Origin: Candidatus Acidiferrales bacterium
GTDB lineage: Bacteria; Chloroflexota; Dormibacteria; Aeolococcales; Aeolococcaceae
DNA length: 64,000 bases
Reading direction: 5' to 3'
NCBI GenBank assembly: GCA_035534435.1
Contig: DATLRX010000033.1
Coordinates: 88,560-152,559 of the forward strand
A program made the translations under genes and the position numbers. Shown here piece after piece: positions 7,752-23,159 of the stretch (the stretch's first letter is position 1; every line of letters begins with the position of its first letter). The notes under the pieces were generated by a model. It worked only from the letters and a program-made list of their open reading frames with translations. It made no database searches and was not told where the DNA came from.

Positions 7752-9019
7752 CGCGGCGCCTGCGCTGTCTGTGCCTGACGCTCGCGCTGACGGGCCTGCT
7801 GCCGCTTGCATCGGCATCCGCCGCAGGCGGCGGGGGCGGTTCCGGGGCGCCGGGCCCGGGGCCGTCCGGGGCGGGCAGCGCAGCGTTGACGCACGGCAGA
7901 CTCGTCACCGGAGCAGGCGGCACCTACCTCCCGATCACGCCGACGGACATCGTCCCCGATGGATCGGATCCACCGAACCCGCTCCGCATACCGCCGAAGG
8001 GACCGAATCCACAAGGGATGTCGTGCCCCACGACGAGCCTGTTCCATGTCGGACCGGGCTCACCTGCACCCGGGGGCGGCGTGGTCGCGGTGATCGCGAT
8101 CCATCCCACGTTCACGCGAAACGCAGGCGGCGGCTACGACGGATCCGACGCGCGTTTCGCATACACACTCCGCAACGCAATCCCTGCCGGCGGCGACCCG
8201 ACGGCAACGTCGCCCGGGAGCCTCGCGACCGAGGCGAACGTGATCGGTCATGTCGTCGCGGTCACGGCGTTCCTGCGGACGCGCGGAACGTGGGAGGACG
8301 CGCAGCCCGTCGCACCGTTCGGCGGGAGTTGCGTCGGCGCGAGCTTCACCTTCAGCGCGCCGTACCTCGCAGGTGATGCGCCGCCACCCACGCCGCCCCC
8401 CGGGATGCTCACCACACCGCCGTTCCCGACCGGTGCGCCGCTTGCCGCCGCATTGACCGCGGCGTGGACCATCGGGAGCGTCGCGACGTTGCCCGGACCG
8501 GCGCCGACCGCGCGCACCTTCGTCCACATCCCGACGTGCGCGTGGACGCAGTCAGATGTTCCGGCGCAGCCGGCGGCCCTGCACGCGCTGAGCGCGGCCG
8601 TCGTCGGCGGATACACGCTCTTCCTGCTGTACGACGTGGTGGTCACGCCGGGACCGGTGACATGGCGCTGGGGAGACGGCACGAGCAGCACCGCCGCGGG
8701 CCCCGTTGAACACGCACCGACGAGCCTGCCCCGCTACGACCCCTCGACGCAGATGTGGACGGCACCGTGCGCCGTGAGCCACGCGTACGACGCGGTTTCC
8801 GGCGGGGTGACCATCACCGCATCCGAGACCTTCCGGATCGCCATCACGGTGAGCTGGAGCGACGGCCTCAGCGTCCACACACAACCGGTTGCGTGCGATG
8901 CCGTTTCCGGTGGCGCCTGCAGCATCGCGCTCGGCCCCGCCAACGGCTGGTCGAGCGGGCCGCATGCGGTCGATCAGATCGAGCCGGTTCCCTTCGCGCC
9001 GCCGACCCCGGCACCATAG
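7739..9019 (+). CDS. secreted Pro/Gly-rich protein, unknown function
   Basis: Signal peptide (LALTGLLPLASASAAGG) and a Gly/Pro-rich linker. Multiple Cys. Overlaps the preceding lipoprotein gene by 13 nt. Confidence 0.5.
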   Translation: MRSVTRRLRCLCLTLALTGLLPLASASAAGGGGGSGAPGPGPSGAGSAALTHGRLVTGAGGTYLPITPTDIVPDGSDPPNPLRIPPKGPNPQGMSCPTTSLFHVGPGSPAPGGGVVAVIAIHPTFTRNAGGGYDGSDARFAYTLRNAIPAGGDPTATSPGSLATEANVIGHVVAVTAFLRTRGTWEDAQPVAPFGGSCVGASFTFSAPYLAGDAPPPTPPPGMLTTPPFPTGAPLAAALTAAWTIGSVATLPGPAPTARTFVHIPTCAWTQSDVPAQPAALHALSAAVVGGYTLFLLYDVVVTPGPVTWRWGDGTSSTAAGPVEHAPTSLPRYDPSTQMWTAPCAVSHAYDAVSGGVTITASETFRIAITVSWSDGLSVHTQPVACDAVSGGACSIALGPANGWSSGPHAVDQIEPVPFAPPTPAP

Positions 9020-9023
9020 CGCC

Positions 9024-10556
9024 TCAGCTCAGCAACGATCGTCCGGTCATCGCGTCGGGCACGGGCAATCCCATCGCATCGAGGACGGTCGGCGCAATGT
9101 CGCGGAGGCCGCCGTCGGTGCGCAACGAAGCGTTGCCTGCGCCCGCGATGATGACTGGGACCGGGCTGGTGGTGTGCGCCGTGAGGATCGATCCATCGCG
9201 ACGGTCGATCTTGTATTCGGCGTTGCCGTGATCGGCCGTGATCAGCAGGCCGCCGTGCGCGGGCTCGACGGCTCGCGCGATGCGCCCGAGGCACATGTCG
9301 ATGCATTCGACGGCGCGCACGGTCGCATCGAAATGCCCGGTGTGTCCGACCATGTCGGCGTTCGCGAAGTTGGCGATGATGAGCGCCTCCGCTCCACCCT
9401 CGAGGTGCGCGACGACGGCGTCCGCGACGCCCGCCGCACTCATCTCCGGGGCAAGGTCATACGTCGCGATCCGGGGCGACGGGACCAGGAGACGCTCCTC
9501 ACCGTCGAACGGCGTCTCGCGACCGCCGTTGATGAAGTACGTGACATGCGCGTACTTCTCCGTCTCCGCAACATGGAACTGGCGCAGACCGGCATCGCTC
9601 ACCACCTCCGCCAGTGTGTGCGCGACATTCTCACGTGGGAACGCGACCTGCGCGTCGAGGTCCCGCTCGTACTCGGTGAAGGTGACCAGCTCAACGTCCT
9701 CGAGCACGCGCGACCTCGTGAACGCCGCGAACGCACGGTCGACGAGTGCGTGACTCAACTGCCGGCCACGATCGGGGCGGAAGTTGAAGAAGATGATCGA
9801 GTCGCCGTCCTCGATGCGGATGCGCCGTCCGTCCTGAAGGATCGACGCCGGAGGGACGAACTCGTCGGTGACGTCCGCGGCGTACTGCGCCTCGATGTAC
9901 GCGACGGCGTCGGTCGCGGCGTCCCCTCCCGCTCCGGCGATGACGTCGTACGCGCGCTCCGTCCGGTCCCAGCGATGGTCGCGGTCCATGGCGTAATACC
10001 TGCCCGCGACGGAGGCCACCGCACCGACACCGACGCGTTCGATGTCGTTGATGAACGTGCGGACGAACCCTGACGCGCTCGTCGGGGGCTCGTCACGACC
10101 GTCGAGAAACGCGTGGAACCAGAGCGAGGTCAGCCCGCGGCGGCGTGCCAGCTCGGCAATGGCAACAGCGTGATCCTGGTGGCTGTGCACGCCGCCGGGA
10201 GAGACCAGGCCAAGGCAATGCAGCGAAGCACCGCCATCGCGCGCCCGGTCGACGGCGGCGCAGAGCGGACCGTTCTCGAAGAAGCTGCCGTCGTCGATGT
10301 CGTGGTTGATGCGCGACAGTGGCTGTAGCACGAGCCGGCCGGCGCCGATGGTCAGATGTCCGACCTCCGAGTTTCCCTGCTGCCCGGGTGGGAGACCAAC
10401 GGCAACTCCGCTCGCATCGACCTGGGTGTGCGGCCAGCGCGCGTCGAGCGCATCGAGCTCAGGTGTCGCAGCAGCGGCGATGGCATTGCCGTACGGATCG
10501 GCGTTGTAGCCCCACCCGTCCAGGATCACGAGCACGAACGGGCGCACGCCGCTCAC
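9024..10556 (-). CDS. gpmI: 2,3-bisphosphoglycerate-independent phosphoglycerate mutase
   Basis: VLVILDGWG, NAIAAAATPELDAL, and metal-binding His/Asp pattern of iPGM. About 510 aa after trimming the N-terminal extension. Confidence 0.85.
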   Translation of the reverse strand: MSGVRPFVLVILDGWGYNADPYGNAIAAAATPELDALDARWPHTQVDASGVAVGLPPGQQGNSEVGHLTIGAGRLVLQPLSRINHDIDDGSFFENGPLCAAVDRARDGGASLHCLGLVSPGGVHSHQDHAVAIAELARRRGLTSLWFHAFLDGRDEPPTSASGFVRTFINDIERVGVGAVASVAGRYYAMDRDHRWDRTERAYDVIAGAGGDAATDAVAYIEAQYAADVTDEFVPPASILQDGRRIRIEDGDSIIFFNFRPDRGRQLSHALVDRAFAAFTRSRVLEDVELVTFTEYERDLDAQVAFPRENVAHTLAEVVSDAGLRQFHVAETEKYAHVTYFINGGRETPFDGEERLLVPSPRIATYDLAPEMSAAGVADAVVAHLEGGAEALIIANFANADMVGHTGHFDATVRAVECIDMCLGRIARAVEPAHGGLLITADHGNAEYKIDRRDGSILTAHTTSPVPVIIAGAGNASLRTDGGLRDIAPTVLDAMGLPVPDAMTGRSLLS

Positions 10557-10575
10557 GGCGTTGAGCCCAGCGGCA

Positions 10576-11316
10576 TCACGCTCGCGAGGCCGCGGCGATG
10601 ATCGCGGCGAACTCCTCGGCTCGCAGACTGGCGCCCCCGACCAGCGCACCGTCGATGTCCCGCTCGGCGAACAGGGACGCGGCGTTGGCGGCGGTCACGC
10701 TGCCGCCGTACAGGACTCTCGGCTGCGCCTGCACGAATCTCGGACAGAGGTGCGCCTTGATGTGCGCGGTGACCTCCTGCGCCTGGTCAGGTGTCGCGGT
10801 GCGTCCCGTGCCGATCGCCCATACGGGCTCGTACGCAATCACGAACCCATCACTCGGTGCCGGCATCTCGAGCGAGAGGAACACGGCATCGAGCTGGCGG
10901 TCGACCACCTCAAATGTCCGATCGGCGTCGCGCTCATCCTCGGTCTCTCCGACGGCGAGGATGACGAGCAGGCCGTGCGCAAGCACGGCGCTGAACTTCT
11001 TCGCGACCTCGTCGTCGCGCTCACCGAAGACATGACGGCGTTCGGAGTGCCCGACCAGCGCGAGATCGCAGAGACCTTCGAGCATCGACGGTGAGATCTC
11101 ACCCGTGTACGCGCCCTTCTCGTCCCAGAAGACGTCCTGCGCACCGAGCAGGATGCCGGATCCCTCGATGACCGAGCGCACGGGCCAGAGGTGCGTGAAC
11201 GGCGGCAACATCGCAACCTCCACGCCGCGGATACCGGCAACTGCGGCGACGACGGCACCGGCCAGCGCCGTGCCCTCGGCAACGGTCGTGTTCATCTTCC
11301 AGTTACCGGCCACCAT
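10576..11316 (-). CDS. tpiA: triosephosphate isomerase
   Basis: MVAGNWKMN start motif, catalytic His/Glu context, YGGSV. Confidence 0.9.
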   Translation of the reverse strand: MVAGNWKMNTTVAEGTALAGAVVAAVAGIRGVEVAMLPPFTHLWPVRSVIEGSGILLGAQDVFWDEKGAYTGEISPSMLEGLCDLALVGHSERRHVFGERDDEVAKKFSAVLAHGLLVILAVGETEDERDADRTFEVVDRQLDAVFLSLEMPAPSDGFVIAYEPVWAIGTGRTATPDQAQEVTAHIKAHLCPRFVQAQPRVLYGGSVTAANAASLFAERDIDGALVGGASLRAEEFAAIIAAASRA

Positions 11317-11351
11317 CGGCCGGCCGCCGGATGCCTCGGTGAGAGGCTCCG

Positions 11352-12548
11352 TCAACGACGGGCACCCTCACGGTCGCGGAGCGCGGCCACGCCCGGGAGC
11401 GTGCGTCCCTCGAGGAACTCGATGGTCGCGCCGCCACCAGTGCTGATGAAGCTGATCTGCTCTGCGACACCCGCGTCCTGCACGGCGGCGGCAAGGTCAC
11501 CGCCGCCGATCACCGATGTGGCGGATGAGGCAGCGACGGCGCGCGCAACGTCCCTCGTCCCGACGGCGAAGGATGGGATCTCGTAGATCCCGAGCGGCCC
11601 GTTCCAGATGATGGTCCCGGCGCCGCCGCAATCCGAGGCGATCCGTGCCACCGTGTCCGGGCCTGCGTCAACCACCGCCCACCCGTCGGGGATGCCGGTG
11701 TTCGCCACCACGCGTGTCGGCGCGTCAGCGTCGTCGACGCGTTCCGCGATGACCGCATCGGTTGGCAGCCGGATGTCGGCGCGACGACCGGCGGCGGCAT
11801 CGAGCAGCGTCCGTGCCGTTGCCACCTGGTCCTCCTCGACGAGCGACGTCCCCGTGGCCATGCCGAGGGCGCGATAGAAGGTGCACGCCATGGCGCCGCC
11901 GACCCAGAGGATGTCGACGCGGTCGAGGAGATGGTCGAGCACGCCGACCTTCGTCGAGATCTTCGAGCCGCCGACGATCGCGACCACCGGCGCGCGAGGA
12001 TTGTCCATGACGCCACCGAGCATCTCGAGCTCGCGCGCCATGAGCTTGCCGGCCACTGCCGGGAGCAGGTGCGCGACGCCCTCCGTGGAGGCATGCGCGC
12101 GATGCGCCGTGCCGAACGCGTCGTTGACGTACACGTCGGCGAAGGCGGCGAGCTGCTGCGCGAACGCCGGATCGTTCGATTCCTCACCGGGCTCGAAGCG
12201 GATGTTCTCGAGCATCCCGACGTCACCGTCGCGCAGCGATGCGACCATGCTCCTGGCGCCGTCACCGACCACGTCGGACGCGAGACGCACGTCGGCCCCG
12301 ATGAGGGTGCTCAGGTGCGTCGCCACGGGACCGAGGCGGAGCTTGTCGTCGATTCGCCCTTTCGGGCGTCCCAGGTGCGCCACGACGATGACGCGGGCGC
12401 CTCGAGCACGCAACGCCTCGATGGTCGGGATCGCCGCGCGAATCCGGCGGTCGTCGACGATCGCTCCATCGCGCATGGGCACGTTGAGGTCCTCGCGCAG
12501 CAGCACCCGCTGGCCGTGGACATCGATGTCATCGATGGTCGCCTTGTT
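11352..12548 (-). CDS. pgk: phosphoglycerate kinase
   Basis: [23 protein letters not shown]-terminus and PGK C-terminal GGGA...FLEG...LPGVAAL. The 587-aa track ORF is pgk plus a spurious upstream extension overlapping gap. Start approximate. Confidence 0.85.
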   Translation of the reverse strand, partial: NKATIDDIDVHGQRVLLREDLNVPMRDGAIVDDRRIRAAIPTIEALRARGARVIVVAHLGRPKGRIDDKLRLGPVATHLSTLIGADVRLASDVVGDGARSMVASLRDGDVGMLENIRFEPGEESNDPAFAQQLAAFADVYVNDAFGTAHRAHASTEGVAHLLPAVAGKLMARELEMLGGVMDNPRAPVVAIVGGSKISTKVGVLDHLLDRVDILWVGGAMACTFYRALGMATGTSLVEEDQVATARTLLDAAAGRRADIRLPTDAVIAERVDDADAPTRVVANTGIPDGWAVVDAGPDTVARIASDCGGAGTIIWNGPLGIYEIPSFAVGTRDVARAVAASSATSVIGGGDLAAAVQDAGVAEQISFISTGGGATIEFLEGRTLPGVAALRDREGARR

Positions 12549-12562
12549 CACACGCTTGCGCT

Positions 12563-14468
<1,906 letters not shown>

Positions 14469-14480
14469 GGTCAGCGCCCG

Positions 14481-14894
14481 TCAGTCATAGCGCCGATCGG
14501 GCTTGTCGACGTCGCGATGGCTCACGGACACCACCAATCCGTCGGCACGGAGTCGCGCTGCCAGCGCCTCGACGATGGCGACGGAGCGGTGCCTCCCGCC
14601 GGTGCAGCCGACGGCGACGTGCAACACATCGCGTCCATGACCTGCCGAGCGCTCCACCGAGAACGTGACGAGCGCGCGAACGCGATCCATGAGCTCACCG
14701 GCCGCGGGATCCTCGAGGACATAGTCCCGCACCGCCGGCTCGAGACCGGTATGCGGCCGCAGCTCGGGAACCCAGAAGGGGTTTCTCACCATCCGCGCGT
14801 CCGCCGTCACCTCGGCCTCCGCTGGGAGACCGAACTTGAAACCGAAGGAGGCCAGCTCGACGCTCATCGGCGCGGGCGGCGCCACGTCGTTCAC
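14481..14894 (-). CDS. RapZ (YvcJ) C-terminal domain only
   Basis: 137 aa. SFGFKFGLP...RNPFW and GCTGGRHRSV motifs correspond to residues about 150-290 of RNase adaptor RapZ. No P-loop N-domain is encoded. 4-nt overlap with the uvrC stop. Confidence 0.6.
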   Translation of the reverse strand: MNDVAPPAPMSVELASFGFKFGLPAEAEVTADARMVRNPFWVPELRPHTGLEPAVRDYVLEDPAAGELMDRVRALVTFSVERSAGHGRDVLHVAVGCTGGRHRSVAIVEALAARLRADGLVVSVSHRDVDKPDRRYD

Positions 14895-16912
14895 AGGAGC
14901 TCCTTGACGCGGAGCGCCACCGGGCGTGGCACGACCGTCGTGAGCTGGTCGACCGGCGCGTCGCGGATGGCGTCGATGCTCCCGAAGTGACGCAGCAGCG
15001 CGCGCCTGCGCACCGGTCCGAGCCCCGGCACCACGTCCAGCTTCGAGCGCAGCGCCGCCTTCGCACGGCGTCCGCGATGGTGTGTGATGGCGAAACGATG
15101 CGCCTCGTCGCGCACCCGCTGCACCAGGAAGAGTGTCGGGCTGTCGCGTTCGAGGATGATCGGTCGTGCGCGTCCCGGCTTGTACAGCTCCTCGTTGCGC
15201 TTGGCCAGCCCGAAGACCGGCACCTGCTGCAGGCCGGCTTCGCGAAGCGCGCGCACCGCCGCGCTCAGCTGACCTTTTCCACCGTCGATGAGGACCAGGT
15301 CCGGCAGCACGGAGAAGCTGAGATCCGAGTCATCCCCGCCGCGACGCGGAGCGCGGCGCGCGCGTTGCTCGGATCCGTTCGCACCGGCCGGATCGAGGAC
15401 CGGGACGTCATCGGCTCCGCCCTCGTCGCGGGGCGCGAGCCTGCGGAACCGCCGGCGCAGCGTCTCCTCGATCGACGCGAAATCGTTGGCGCCCTCGACG
15501 GTCTTGATGCCGAAGTGGCGGTAGCTCGCCGGTGCCGGACGGCCTTCCTCGAAGACGACCATCGACCCCACGGAGTTGGTTCCCATCGTGTTGCTGATGT
15601 CGTAGCACTCGATGCGACGTGGTGGAGCCGGAAGCTGCAGGCTGGTGGCGAGGTCGTCGAGCAGCGCCTCAGTCTTCGCCGCGTCGTAGTCGTCCACGAT
15701 GCGTTGCTGGCGCAGGGCGACCATCGCCGTCTCCGCCGCTTGCGCTATGAGCCGGCGCGCGTCACCGCGTTGGGGGACGTGCACCTCCACCGGACCGCCA
15801 CGCTGTTCGGCAAGGAACTCCTCGAGAACAGCGCGACCGTCGATGTCGTCCGAGACGAGCAGACGCCGTGGGACCGAGGTCACGCTGCCGTAGTACTGCG
15901 GCAGGAATCCGGCGAGGCAGGCGGCGGCGTCCAGCCCCGTGACGCCTTCGAGCTCGTGCGTCTCCATGCCCATGACGCGTCCCTGGCGGATGCTCAGGAC
16001 GGCGGCCATCGCCCTGCCGCCCTCGACCACGACGGCGATGCAATCCTCGTCGGCGCGAGCGCCGCGAAGCACCGTCTGGCGCTCGCTGATGCGCTCGATT
16101 GCGCGCAGGCGGTCCCGAAAACGGGCGGCAAGCTCGTAGTCGCGACCATCGGCCGCGGCGTCCATCTGGTCGCGCAGCTCGTCGTGCAGCTTCTCCGAGC
16201 GTCCCTCCATGAACTCCTGCACCTGCTCGAGGATCTCCGCGTACGCCGGCGCGTCGATCCTGCCTTCGCACGGGCCTGAGCAGCGCTTGATGTGATAGTC
16301 GAGGCACACCCGTCCGCGCCGGAAGATCTCGTCGCTGCAGGTGCGAAAGGGGAAGATGGTGCGCAGCGATCGCACCGTCGTGCGCAGCGACTGCGCGCTC
16401 GTGTACGGGCCGAAATAACGCGCCCCGTCGCGGATCACCTTTCGCGTGTAGTAGGGCCTCGGGAACAGCGTCGCGCCTTCGGCACTCTTGCCGCGCGGCT
16501 TGCGCACCTCCTCGCGCGCCGTGCCCGGAGCGACCGCATCGTGGACGCCGGGCCGCGGGATCTTGAGGTAGAGATAGCTCTTGTCGTCCTTGAGGCGCAC
16601 GTTGAACCGCGGCCGGTGCTGCTTGATCAGCGAGTTCTCCAGCACGAGCGCCTCGTGCTCGCTCTGACACGCGATCACCTCGAAGTCGAAGACGCTCGCG
16701 ATGAGCTGATGCGTTCGCGCCTGCAACGTGTCGATACCCGTGAACCACGAGCGCAGGCGGTTGCGAACGTTCGCAGCCTTGCCGACGTAGATGACGCGCG
16801 CGTCGGCGCCGCGCATGACGTAGACGCCCGCGCCGCTCGGCGAGGCACGGAGCCGCGCCTTCAGCAGCGCGGGGTCGTCGAGAAGACGCTCTGCCCGCTT
16901 GGTCGGCACCAT
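14891..16912 (-). CDS. uvrC: excinuclease ABC subunit C
   Basis: GIY-YIG (GVYVMRGADARVIYVGKA), UvrBC-interaction region and C-terminal HhH. ATG at 16912. 673 aa after trimming the Arg-rich extension. Confidence 0.85.
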   Translation of the reverse strand: MVPTKRAERLLDDPALLKARLRASPSGAGVYVMRGADARVIYVGKAANVRNRLRSWFTGIDTLQARTHQLIASVFDFEVIACQSEHEALVLENSLIKQHRPRFNVRLKDDKSYLYLKIPRPGVHDAVAPGTAREEVRKPRGKSAEGATLFPRPYYTRKVIRDGARYFGPYTSAQSLRTTVRSLRTIFPFRTCSDEIFRRGRVCLDYHIKRCSGPCEGRIDAPAYAEILEQVQEFMEGRSEKLHDELRDQMDAAADGRDYELAARFRDRLRAIERISERQTVLRGARADEDCIAVVVEGGRAMAAVLSIRQGRVMGMETHELEGVTGLDAAACLAGFLPQYYGSVTSVPRRLLVSDDIDGRAVLEEFLAEQRGGPVEVHVPQRGDARRLIAQAAETAMVALRQQRIVDDYDAAKTEALLDDLATSLQLPAPPRRIECYDISNTMGTNSVGSMVVFEEGRPAPASYRHFGIKTVEGANDFASIEETLRRRFRRLAPRDEGGADDVPVLDPAGANGSEQRARRAPRRGGDDSDLSFSVLPDLVLIDGGKGQLSAAVRALREAGLQQVPVFGLAKRNEELYKPGRARPIILERDSPTLFLVQRVRDEAHRFAITHHRGRRAKAALRSKLDVVPGLGPVRRRALLRHFGSIDAIRDAPVDQLTTVVPRPVALRVKELL

Positions 16913-16932
16913 TCCAGCCACTCTATCGCCGC

Positions 16933-21176
<4,244 letters not shown>

Positions 21177-22025
21177 CGCCCGGCCGACGCGCGGTACGCG
21201 TCGGGCCGCCGATCGGTCAGCAGGTTGTTGCGGGGCGTGCGACTCCGAGCGCGGGTGACCGAGTCGAGATCGACCTCGGCCATGAGCAGCTCCTCGTCGG
21301 CCTTGCTCGCAGGCCCGGCCACCGGCCACCCGTCGGCGCCGACGATGATCGAGGCGCCGATGAAGGTGACGTCGCGCTCGACGCCGATCCGATCCGCGCA
21401 CGCCATCACGACGCCGTTCTGCGCCGCGGTGGCCATCGCGACGTAATCGCCCTGGCAGTAGCCGCGATCGTCCCAGACCGTGCGCTTGAACGACGCGACC
21501 CAGTTGGTCGGGACCGCGACGATCTCGGCGCCTGCCAGCGCGAGCGCGCGAGCCGGCTCGGGGAACCAGAGGTCGTAGCAGATGATGATGCCGACCCTCC
21601 CGAACGGAAGGTCGACGATCGGCAGCTCGTCGCCCGGCTCGAACCACGACTGCTCGTCGTAGTAGAGGTGCAGCTTGCGATACGTGGCCAGGCGCCCCGC
21701 CGGGCCCACGAGGATCGCGCTGTTGTGCCGGCAGTCGCCGTCGCGTTCGTTGAGCCCCGCGACGATGTGGCACCCGTGCGTGGCGCAGACGTCGCGCAGC
21801 GCGGTCACCGTCGGGCCGCCGTCCGGGTCCTCCGCGCAGCGTTGCGCCTCGTCTGCATCCGCGAACACGTAGCCGCTCGAGGCGAGCTCCGGCAGCACGA
21901 TGAGGTCCGCACCCTGGGTCGCCGCCACGGTCGCCCAGCGCACCGCCTGCGCAAGGTTTCCTTCGAGCTCACCGACGTGCGGCTCGTACTGGGCAACCGC
22001 GATGCGGACGGGCCTGGTCACCCTC

Positions 22026-23159
22026 TCACGGTAGCGCAGCGGGTGCGGCCCCAGGCAGCCTCGGCATCCCGTCTGAGACGCCGCAGAGGATCTCGTGCGG
22101 CAGCGTCCCGGCCAGATCGCCGACCTCGTCGGCACCGATACGGACTCCGTCGCGTTCGCCGATGAACATCGCCACGTCGCCTGCCGCCACGCCATCGATG
22201 TCCGTGACGTCCACGCTGACCTGATCCATGCTCACCATCCCGACGATCGGGCAGCGGCGGCCGCGGATTGCGAGGTGTCCGCAGTTGGAGAGGGCACGCG
22301 GCAGCCCCTGCCCGTAGCCCATCGTCGCCGTGGCGATCCGGCGCGCCGTCTCGGCTCGCCACGTCCTCCCATATCCCACCGTTTCCCCCGGCGCGACCGT
22401 GCGCACCTGGGCGACCCTGCAGAACACATGCATCGCGGGCCGGAGCGACGGCGGTCCCGGCACCGGTGGATAGCCGTAGAACGCGATGCCGACACGGACG
22501 AGGTCGTGATGCATCGCCGGGTGCGCCAGCACCGCGGCGCTGCCCGACGTGTGCAGCAGCGCGTCCGGCGCAAGCGGTCGGATCACCTCGACCGCGTCGA
22601 GGAACCGCGTGTGCTGCGTGATGGTGAATGCCGAGTCCGAACCCGCGTCAGCGAAGTGCGTGAACAGGCCCGCCACCTCGACGCGCTCACCCGCGTCTCG
22701 CAGCGCCGCAACCAGAGACTCCACCGTCTCGGGAAGGGTGCCGAGCCGGTGGAGTCCACTGTCGATTTTGACGTGTCCGCGGACCCGGCGTCCCGTCCGG
22801 CCCGCGGCGGCTGCCGCGGCGCGAACACCGTCGGCGTCGAGGATGCCGATGTCGACATCGGCGTCGATCAGCCGGTCCTCCTGCCCTGGCGGCGTCCACC
22901 CGAGGACGAGCATCCGTGCCGTCACGCCCGCGGCACGCAGCTCGATCGCCTCTCCCGGCGTGTACACGCCGAGCCAGGTCGCTCCGCCGTCGAGTGCAGC
23001 CCTGGCGGCGATCCGGATCCCGTGCCCGTACCCGTTCGACTTGACCATGGCCATCAACCGGGCGGGACGGACCAGCGTCGCGATGACCGCCGCGTTGCGC
23101 GCCAGCGTGTCGACGTCGATCTCCACCCAGCGGAGGTGGTCGCCGGACGGTTCCGTCAC
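22026..23159 (-). CDS. alr: alanine racemase
   Basis: AMVKSNGYGHG PLP-Lys motif and C-terminal domain Tyr context. 377 aa. Confidence 0.85.
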   Translation of the reverse strand: MTEPSGDHLRWVEIDVDTLARNAAVIATLVRPARLMAMVKSNGYGHGIRIAARAALDGGATWLGVYTPGEAIELRAAGVTARMLVLGWTPPGQEDRLIDADVDIGILDADGVRAAAAAAGRTGRRVRGHVKIDSGLHRLGTLPETVESLVAALRDAGERVEVAGLFTHFADAGSDSAFTITQHTRFLDAVEVIRPLAPDALLHTSGSAAVLAHPAMHHDLVRVGIAFYGYPPVPGPPSLRPAMHVFCRVAQVRTVAPGETVGYGRTWRAETARRIATATMGYGQGLPRALSNCGHLAIRGRRCPIVGMVSMDQVSVDVTDIDGVAAGDVAMFIGERDGVRIGADEVGDLAGTLPHEILCGVSDGMPRLPGAAPAALP

